From an uncultured Candidatus Saccharibacteria bacterium (GTDB lineage Bacteria; Patescibacteriota; Minisyncoccia; Phycocordibacterales; UBA1006): a DNA stretch of 64,000 nucleotides. Positions 57,354 through 64,000 of the stretch are shown here, piece after piece (within the stretch, counting starts at the first letter, position 1; every line of letters starts with the position of its first letter). The DNA is taken from assembly GCA_964592365.1 (NCBI GenBank), contig CAZQDL010000001.1:13198-77197 (forward strand), written 5' to 3'. Made by a program: the position numbers and the translations under genes. The notes below the pieces were generated by a model that did no database searches, was not told where the DNA came from, and worked only from the letters and a program-made list of their open reading frames with translations.

Positions 57354-60032
57354 ATGTATAATGGAGATATGTCAGAACGAAAGTTAAATAGGTACGAGAA
57401 AGCTTTTCTTCGTACCCAAGAAAGAATGCGAAGTAACGCAAAGAAAAAAATGACTTCAGTTAAAGTCAAAGAAAAAAAAGATAGTAAAAACATCCTTGAT
57501 TATCTCATTAGTATTTTTGATACAAAACCAAAAAGAAAAAAAGAAAAAAAGAAAGCAGGGATTGTTAAAAACTTTTTCTTTGTTTTAGCTATTTTGATAA
57601 TGATAGGCCTTTCTGCTGTTAGTCTTTGGTTCATCTCACTTGAAATACCAGATGTAAGTAATTTTAGCCAACGAAAAATTTCAAACTCTACAAAAATATA
57701 TGACAGAACAGGAGAAATTCTTCTGTATGATATTCATGAAAATATACAAAGAACTGTTGTTGATTTAGATGAAATCAACAAGTATGCAGTAGATGCAATT
57801 GTTGCGATTGAAGATCATACCTTCTATGAACATAATGGAGTAGTTATTAAATCAACCGCAAGAGCAGTACTACAAACAATACTATCAAGACTTGGTTTAA
57901 GTAATGAAGGAACCTCAGGAGGATCAACCCTTACCCAACAGGTAGTAAAAAATACTCTTCTTGATTCAAGAAGACAAGTTTCTCGAAAGGTAAAAGAATG
58001 GATTCTTGCATATAAGATTGAACAGAGATTAACAAAAGATGAAATTCTTGAAATCTATTTAAATGAAGCTCCGTACGGAGGAACTCTATATGGAATTGAA
58101 AAAGCTTCAAATATGTTTTTTGGAATTCCAGCATCTGATTTAACTCTTGGACAATCAGCATACCTTGCAGCTATTCCAAATCTACCAACCTTCTATTCAC
58201 CATATGGACCGAATAAGGATAAGCTAGATATACGACAAAGAATCGTTCTTCAGGAAATGAAACGACATGGTTTCATTACTGATCAAGAATATAGAGATGC
58301 TCTTGAAGAAAAAGTAGAATTCCTTCTTGAGGAAGAAACTAACTTTAAGGCACTGCATTTTGTACAATACGTACGATCATACCTTGAAGAAAAATATGGC
58401 AAAGACATTGTGGAAAATGGTGGTCTCAAGGTTGTAACTACGTTAGATTATAAATTACAGCAAAAAGCTGAACAGATAATTAAGGAACACATAGAAGAGG
58501 TAGAAAGCCTCCACAATGCCTCTAATGCAGCTTTGGTGGCACTTGATGCTAATACTGGTCAAATACTTACCATGGTAGGTTCCCGAGACTATTTTGACGA
58601 AGATATCGATGGTAACTTCAATGTTACTTTGGCTAATAGACAACCAGGATCTTCATTTAAACCAATTGCCTATGCAAATGCATTTGAAAAGGGATATCTT
58701 CCACAAACTATACTTTTTGATACACCTACTCAGTTTAATGCGGGTTGTGATGCAACAAGATTAAATAGTGAAAATAACTGTTATAGCCCAAGAAATTATG
58801 ATGGTGAATTTAAGGGTCCATTAAGCATGAAAAATGCTTTAGCTCAATCAAGAAACATCCCGGCAGTGAAAGCTCTCTATTTAGGAGGATTAGAAGACAC
58901 TATGAAATTAGCTCGAAACCTTGGTATTACTTCACTTAATCGTAAACCAAGTTTCTATGGTTTGAGTTTGGTATTGGGAGGTGGAGAAGTTTCACTTCTT
59001 GAAATGACAGGTGCTTATTCTGTTTTTGCAAATGATGGAGTATTTAACAAACCAACAGGAATACTCTTAATTGAAGACTCAGAGGGTGAAATATTAGAAG
59101 AATTTGAAGCAATCGACGTGCAAGCAATTGAAACAAATACTGCACGAATGATAGCTGATATTCTTTCTGATAATCAGGCAAGAACTCCTTTGTTTGGATC
59201 AAATTCTTTTCTCTATTTTGGAGGTAAGGACGTTGCAGGAAAAACAGGAACAACTAATGATAATAGAGATGCTTGGCTTATCGGATTTACTCCAGATGTA
59301 GCTCTCGGAGTTTGGACAGGAAATAATGATAATACACCAATGACGAGAGGTTCTGCTATTACCGGAAAACCATGGAGAGCCTTTATGGATGAAATCATTA
59401 AGGAATATGACACGGGAAGAGAATTTAGTTCATATTCACTCCCAGAAGATATTGATAGCTATCCAGCTATGGTTAGAGGAGAATGGGAAAGACCAGGTAC
59501 TTTAACCGAACAGTCACTAGATGAGAACGGAAATCAAATTAATGTTGAAACTACAGATTCACGATTCGGCCCTCATACTATTCTTCATTTCATTAACAAA
59601 GAAAATCCACGAGTTCTTGATCAACAAAGAAGTGATCCACAATATAGCAACTGGGAAGCTTCAGTAAGAAACTATGTTGCACAAAATTTTTCTGGTCAAT
59701 TAAATGAACAAATCACTCCACAAAATCCAGAAGAAAATGAACCATCATTCACTCTTTCTGTGCGTGGTATAGAAAATCAAGAAGTATTCTTATCAAATGA
59801 TGAGATAAGTCTTAGGGTTAGAGCAAGAGATATCGAAGAAGAAGATATCGAAAAAGTTGATTTTTATGTAAACGGAGTATTGTTAGGAACAGATAGTGAA
59901 ACCACTTTTGAAATGATGCTAGATTTACAAAGTATTGATAATATTAATACTCAAAATAGCTTGCAAATAGTTGCCTATTCAACAGATGGAATTTCAGAAT
60001 CAGAAACATTTACTTTCTTTGTACAAGAATAA
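57354..60032 (+). CDS. Class A penicillin-binding protein (bifunctional transglycosylase/transpeptidase, PBP1A-like)
   Basis: GT51 motifs EDHTFYEHNG and GGSTLTQQ. Transpeptidase motifs SSFKP, SRN and KTGT. N-terminal TM anchor. Confidence 0.85.
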   Translation: MYNGDMSERKLNRYEKAFLRTQERMRSNAKKKMTSVKVKEKKDSKNILDYLISIFDTKPKRKKEKKKAGIVKNFFFVLAILIMIGLSAVSLWFISLEIPDVSNFSQRKISNSTKIYDRTGEILLYDIHENIQRTVVDLDEINKYAVDAIVAIEDHTFYEHNGVVIKSTARAVLQTILSRLGLSNEGTSGGSTLTQQVVKNTLLDSRRQVSRKVKEWILAYKIEQRLTKDEILEIYLNEAPYGGTLYGIEKASNMFFGIPASDLTLGQSAYLAAIPNLPTFYSPYGPNKDKLDIRQRIVLQEMKRHGFITDQEYRDALEEKVEFLLEEETNFKALHFVQYVRSYLEEKYGKDIVENGGLKVVTTLDYKLQQKAEQIIKEHIEEVESLHNASNAALVALDANTGQILTMVGSRDYFDEDIDGNFNVTLANRQPGSSFKPIAYANAFEKGYLPQTILFDTPTQFNAGCDATRLNSENNCYSPRNYDGEFKGPLSMKNALAQSRNIPAVKALYLGGLEDTMKLARNLGITSLNRKPSFYGLSLVLGGGEVSLLEMTGAYSVFANDGVFNKPTGILLIEDSEGEILEEFEAIDVQAIETNTARMIADILSDNQARTPLFGSNSFLYFGGKDVAGKTGTTNDNRDAWLIGFTPDVALGVWTGNNDNTPMTRGSAITGKPWRAFMDEIIKEYDTGREFSSYSLPEDIDSYPAMVRGEWERPGTLTEQSLDENGNQINVETTDSRFGPHTILHFINKENPRVLDQQRSDPQYSNWEASVRNYVAQNFSGQLNEQITPQNPEENEPSFTLSVRGIENQEVFLSNDEISLRVRARDIEEEDIEKVDFYVNGVLLGTDSETTFEMMLDLQSIDNINTQNSLQIVAYSTDGISESETFTFFVQE

Positions 60033-60054
60033 AAAACACCCTAAGGTGTTTTTT
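60031..60054. terminator. Bidirectional terminator (PBP / yebC)
   Basis: aaaacacc-ctaa-ggtgtttttt. Confidence 0.65.
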
Positions 60055-60057
60055 ATA

Positions 60058-60585
60058 TTAAGCAGCATTGTGATACACATCTTGAACATCATCTTGATCT
60101 TCAATGATTTCTAGAAGTTTCTCTAATTTTTCCTCATCATCCTCTGAAAGTTCAATAGTACTTTGAGATTCCCATTCTTGTTCACTGTTTCTTTTGAAAT
60201 TCCAAGATACCGAACCAGGAGCTCCTAGTGAAGCATTATTTTTAGAAAGGATATGTTTAATTTCAGCACTTGTTCTATTACTATTATCAGTAAGTCCAGT
60301 GATGATTAAACCAACACCACCAGGTCCATATGCTTCATACATTACCTCATGCGAATCACCAGCATCAGAAGCCTTTTTGATAGCTCTCTCAATATTATCC
60401 TTCGGCATATTTGCCTTCAATGCTTTAGTAATTGCACTTGCTAATCCAGGGGCAAGCACGTCACCTTGTGATTTTTTAGCCTCTACTTGAATAAGTCGTA
60501 CCAATTTACTAAATATTTTTGACTTTACCGCATCAGTTGCTGCTTTTTTGTGTTTAATTTTTGACCATTTGTTGTGTCCTGACAT
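60058..60585 (-). CDS. YebC/PmpR-family protein (short)
   Basis: MSGHNKWSKIKHKK start and the conserved N- and C-terminal YebC domains. At 175 aa it is shorter than the usual ~240 aa. Confidence 0.7.
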   Translation of the reverse strand: MSGHNKWSKIKHKKAATDAVKSKIFSKLVRLIQVEAKKSQGDVLAPGLASAITKALKANMPKDNIERAIKKASDAGDSHEVMYEAYGPGGVGLIITGLTDNSNRTSAEIKHILSKNNASLGAPGSVSWNFKRNSEQEWESQSTIELSEDDEEKLEKLLEIIEDQDDVQDVYHNAA

Positions 60586-60616
60586 AGCAAAAGTGTATAT
60601 CTGGTTTCATTTGTAA

Positions 60617-61600
60617 TCAAGTACTTACGTGATCACGAGCTTTCTGTGTAGCCACTCTTCCTCGTGAGGTAAGTTCAAGTAATCCTTTTTGAATAAGATA
60701 TGGTTCGATAACCGTTTCAATTGATGACTCTTCTTCGTGTGTTGCTGTTGCTATTGTTTTTAGTCCAACAGGCCCACCGTTAAATTTGTAGATGATAGTA
60801 GAAAGTACCTCTCTATCAATGGCTCGTAAACCTAAGTCATCTACACCGATTAAAGCAAGAGCATCTAAAACAGTTTCCTTGGTAATACTCATTTCGTGTA
60901 CATCAGCAAAATCTCTACATCTCTTTAAAAAGTAATTTGCTGTTCTTGGCGTGTATCTACTTCTTTTTGCTATTTCTTCTAAAGCATCTTCAGATATCTC
61001 AATTGATAGCTTGTGTGCTGATTGTTTTAAAATCTTTGCTATTTCAGTATTGGTATAAAATTCTAATTTAAACACACCTCCTGAAAATCGAGATCGTAAG
61101 GGTGATGACATCATGGCAATCTTTGTAGTTGCACCAAGAAGGGTAAAGGAAGGTAGGTCTAATTGAATAGTTCTTGCAGAAGGACCTTTTCCAATGATTA
61201 TATCCAATACCCCTGATTCCATAGCAGGATAAAGAACTTCTTCAATATTTTTGTTAAGTCGATGAATCTCATCGATAAAAAGAATATCTCCTTCACTTAA
61301 GTTGGTAAGAATACTTGCAAGATCACCAACTTTTTCAATCGCTGGTCCCGATGTTATTTTAATGTTCCTTCCAGTTTCTTTTGCAATAAGGTGAGAAAGC
61401 GTTGTTTTTCCTAATCCGGGAGGTCCATAAAAAAGAAGGTGTTCAGGTTGCTGATTTCTTTTTTTTGCAGCAGTTAGTAGAATATGAAGATTATCTTTAA
61501 TACTTTGTTGTCCAATGTATTCATCCCAGGTAGTTGGTCTAAGCTGTGGATCTACTATTCCAAGAATACTGATATCTTTTGGTGACTCATTCATATACAT
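60617..61600 (-). CDS. ruvB: Holliday junction branch-migration helicase RuvB
   Basis: AAA+ Walker A GPPGLGKTT, sensor motifs, and a C-terminal winged helix. Confidence 0.9.
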   Translation of the reverse strand: MYMNESPKDISILGIVDPQLRPTTWDEYIGQQSIKDNLHILLTAAKKRNQQPEHLLFYGPPGLGKTTLSHLIAKETGRNIKITSGPAIEKVGDLASILTNLSEGDILFIDEIHRLNKNIEEVLYPAMESGVLDIIIGKGPSARTIQLDLPSFTLLGATTKIAMMSSPLRSRFSGGVFKLEFYTNTEIAKILKQSAHKLSIEISEDALEEIAKRSRYTPRTANYFLKRCRDFADVHEMSITKETVLDALALIGVDDLGLRAIDREVLSTIIYKFNGGPVGLKTIATATHEEESSIETVIEPYLIQKGLLELTSRGRVATQKARDHVST

Positions 61601-62041
61601 ATAGTATCATATACAGGCATAGTTATTGATATATACATGAAAGTTTATTTATCAACATTTTATACACAGTCAAAGTAGTACTAATTTAAGAGTATTGTTA
61701 TACTCTACATTGTCACCGTGTTTGTTTAAAGTTTTCCACAAGCACTTGACAACTTTTCATATTATGTTAGTATATCTTTACATAAGGTTATTAACCTTGT
61801 GTGAACCAATTTCAGTTGAGTAATCTCTAAACAATCAGATCTCGCGAATTTGGTCAGGCGGATAAGACTCGTTGGTAGCCACCCTAGCAGTGGTCAACAC
61901 TGATGTCATCTTTGAAACCTGGTCATCCTTTATTTTTAAAGTTTTTCTGTTGTTTAGAGGTTATTCCACTGAAACAAATAAAAGTCTCCTTGAGGCTTTT
62001 TTTGTTTCATTGCATAACTCCTTGGTGTACAATGAACACAT

Positions 62042-64000
62042 ATGCCGCAATTCAATGATGTTGAACAAGATAAAAAAATTGATGAGATAAAAAGAAGAGA
62101 AGAGGAATCTTTTGTTGAACGAATTTCTGCAAAATTTAAACTACCGTATATAGATCTTTCTGGTGTAAATATTGAAACAGATGCTCTTATCTTAATTGAT
62201 GAAGAAACTGCAAGACGTGCTCAGATTGCAGCATTTAAACGAATTGGAACAGACTTGTACCTAGCGGTAAAATCACCAAATCTTCCTGAAACAAAGAAGG
62301 TTTTAGATTCTTTAGATCAGAAATATGCCTTAGGTATACATATGGTATCTGACAGAAGTCTAGAAAAGGCTTGGGATAGATATCAAGATGTTTCAAAGGC
62401 TCAATTAACTCAGGGTGGAATGCTTGATATTTCAGAAGAGGAACTTGCTGAAATCGCTGCTACTGTTCATACCAATGAAGAAGTTGCAATAAAGATACAA
62501 GAGGTACTTCAAAATGAACATACTAAAAAGATAACAGAATTAATGGAGGTAATATTTGGAGGAGCAATTGCAACGAAGGCTTCTGATATTCATATTGAAG
62601 CACAGAATGAACAAGTAAGGTTGCGATATCGTCAAGATGGAGTATTACAAGATATTGCAAATATTGATCATGAATCATATGCAAAGTTACTTTCTCGAAT
62701 AAAGTTGTTGTCAGAAATGAAACTTACTCAGAATAGTAATGCTCAAGATGGACGATTTACTATTGATTTTGATGAAAAAGAAATTGAAGTCCGTGTTTCT
62801 GTTATTCCAAGTGCGTATGGTGAATCTTTTGTAATGCGTATTCTTAACCCTGATGGTATAAAGGTGGGTATTGAGAAACTTGGTATTGAACCTAAGTTAT
62901 ACGAGATCTTGTTAAGAGAAATAAAAAAGCCAAATGGAATGATCCTCACCACTGGTCCTACTGGATCTGGAAAGACGACCACTCTCTATTCATTTTTAAG
63001 GAAGGTATATAATCCTGAAGTAAAGATACTCACTATCGAAGATCCAATTGAGTATCACCTTGAAGGAATTAGCCAAACCCAAGTAAAAAGAGAAAAAGGA
63101 TATGATTTTCAATCAGGTTTACGTGCAGCATTACGTCAAGATCCTGACATTGTAATGGTTGGGGAAATTCGTGATAAGGAAACAGCAACGATTGCTGTAA
63201 ATGCTTCTTTAACCGGACACTTGGTTCTTTCAACCCTGCACACCAATGGAGCAGCTGGAGTTATTCCACGATTGATTGATCTTGGTGTTTCACCACAAAT
63301 TTTAGCTGCAGCCCTATCCGTTTCACTAGCACAGCGACTCGTGCGAAAGGTATGTAGTAATTGTAGTACTGAAGTTGAAGCAAGCGAGCAAGAGAAACAT
63401 ACCATTACAGAGGTTCTTAAGAGAGCTCTTGAGAACGGAAAGAAAATCTCTGATTATGGTGTTTCCTTAGATCAAAAAATGATAGTTGCAAAGGCTAATG
63501 GTTGTGAGACTTGTAACAACACTGGGTATAAAGGACGGATTGGAATCTTTGAAGCTATCATCACTGATGAACGTATTGAAGAGCTTTTGAATAAAAAGCC
63601 TTCAGAACAAGAAGTAAGAAAGGTAGCTGAACAACAAGGACTATTAAATATGGCAGAAGATGGGGTTATTAAGATACTTAATAAGGTAACAACACTTGAA
63701 GAAGTTCAATCAGTAGTAGATCTTGAAATTAAAAAAATAGTTTCTCTATCTGAGCCCAAGCAAGACTTAATCGTAAAGGAACCTAATTTACCTTCTCCTA
63801 AAATGGTTGTTCCTGAAGATTCTATGGAAATTACTTTTCTTTTGGAATACCTACAGCAATTAGAAAATCAACAAGCTATTAATCCTGATGTTGATGTAAG
63901 TGAAAAGATACATGATCTTGAACATACCATCATTACCATCATGAGACACAAGGGACCTGAACACTTCAACCCAAATAAGCCACAGAAGGTTCAATCAAGG
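62042..64000 (+). CDS. pilB: Type IV pilus assembly / type II secretion ATPase (PilB/GspE family), 3' end beyond the window
   Basis: Manual translation gives Walker A GPTGSGKTT, the Asp box, the His box LSTLHTN and the tetracysteine CSNC...CETC. The ORF is open to the window edge and is absent from the supplied track. Confidence 0.85.
   Translation, partial: MPQFNDVEQDKKIDEIKRREEESFVERISAKFKLPYIDLSGVNIETDALILIDEETARRAQIAAFKRIGTDLYLAVKSPNLPETKKVLDSLDQKYALGIHMVSDRSLEKAWDRYQDVSKAQLTQGGMLDISEEELAEIAATVHTNEEVAIKIQEVLQNEHTKKITELMEVIFGGAIATKASDIHIEAQNEQVRLRYRQDGVLQDIANIDHESYAKLLSRIKLLSEMKLTQNSNAQDGRFTIDFDEKEIEVRVSVIPSAYGESFVMRILNPDGIKVGIEKLGIEPKLYEILLREIKKPNGMILTTGPTGSGKTTTLYSFLRKVYNPEVKILTIEDPIEYHLEGISQTQVKREKGYDFQSGLRAALRQDPDIVMVGEIRDKETATIAVNASLTGHLVLSTLHTNGAAGVIPRLIDLGVSPQILAAALSVSLAQRLVRKVCSNCSTEVEASEQEKHTITEVLKRALENGKKISDYGVSLDQKMIVAKANGCETCNNTGYKGRIGIFEAIITDERIEELLNKKPSEQEVRKVAEQQGLLNMAEDGVIKILNKVTTLEEVQSVVDLEIKKIVSLSEPKQDLIVKEPNLPSPKMVVPEDSMEITFLLEYLQQLENQQAINPDVDVSEKIHDLEHTIITIMRHKGPEHFNPNKPQKVQSR

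Overview
The window is AT-rich (about 33-35% GC by eye) with a compact gene layout. It covers the replication-origin neighbourhood, in the order jag-yidC-rnpA-rpmH | dnaA-dnaN-ruvC-PBP1a-yebC-ruvB-pilB, with DnaA-box motifs on both sides of dnaA. Upstream of the origin lies a block of housekeeping genes. The pointers to a CPR/Patescibacteria-type (or otherwise reduced monoderm-like) genome read in the standard genetic code are: pgk, tpiA, nusA, rsmA, a short UvrD-family helicase, rpsO, a short trigger factor, clpP, HU, cca, xthA, ppa, a 241-aa Gram-positive-type YidC, and many short orthologues. Long ORFs are intact, so there is no sign of UGA recoding. Three things do not look like ordinary housekeeping. 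(1) At 38.5-52 kb there is a Gram-positive/monoderm-style type IV secretion-like locus. It has a PrgI/VirB3-like protein, a VirB4 ATPase, and a separate gene that looks like the VirB4 N-terminal domain and sits beside the virB3-like gene. It also has a VirB6/TrbL-like polytopic membrane protein, a membrane protein with a C-terminal M15 (VanY-like) peptidoglycan peptidase domain, a PG-binding-domain protein and large secreted proteins. No relaxase or coupling protein is visible in the window. (2) At 6.5-14 kb there are four signal-peptide, Cys-rich, Ser/Thr-rich proteins. Three share a thrombospondin type-1-repeat-like module. Convergent to them is a secreted protein ending in a Bacteroidetes-type T9SS (Por) C-terminal sorting domain. 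(3) A GT2 processive glycosyltransferase is fused to a clan GH-A glycoside hydrolase domain (1123 aa). Three tRNAs (Gly-TCC, Pro-TGG, Arg-TCG) sit in a repeat-rich intergenic region. That region carries four tandem palindromic sites with core GTTTCA-YA-TGAAAC. It also carries a 27-nt sequence that recurs 5.4 kb away, next to a perfect 22-bp inverted repeat just downstream of a XerC/D-like tyrosine recombinase. Hairpin-plus-T-run terminators are common throughout.
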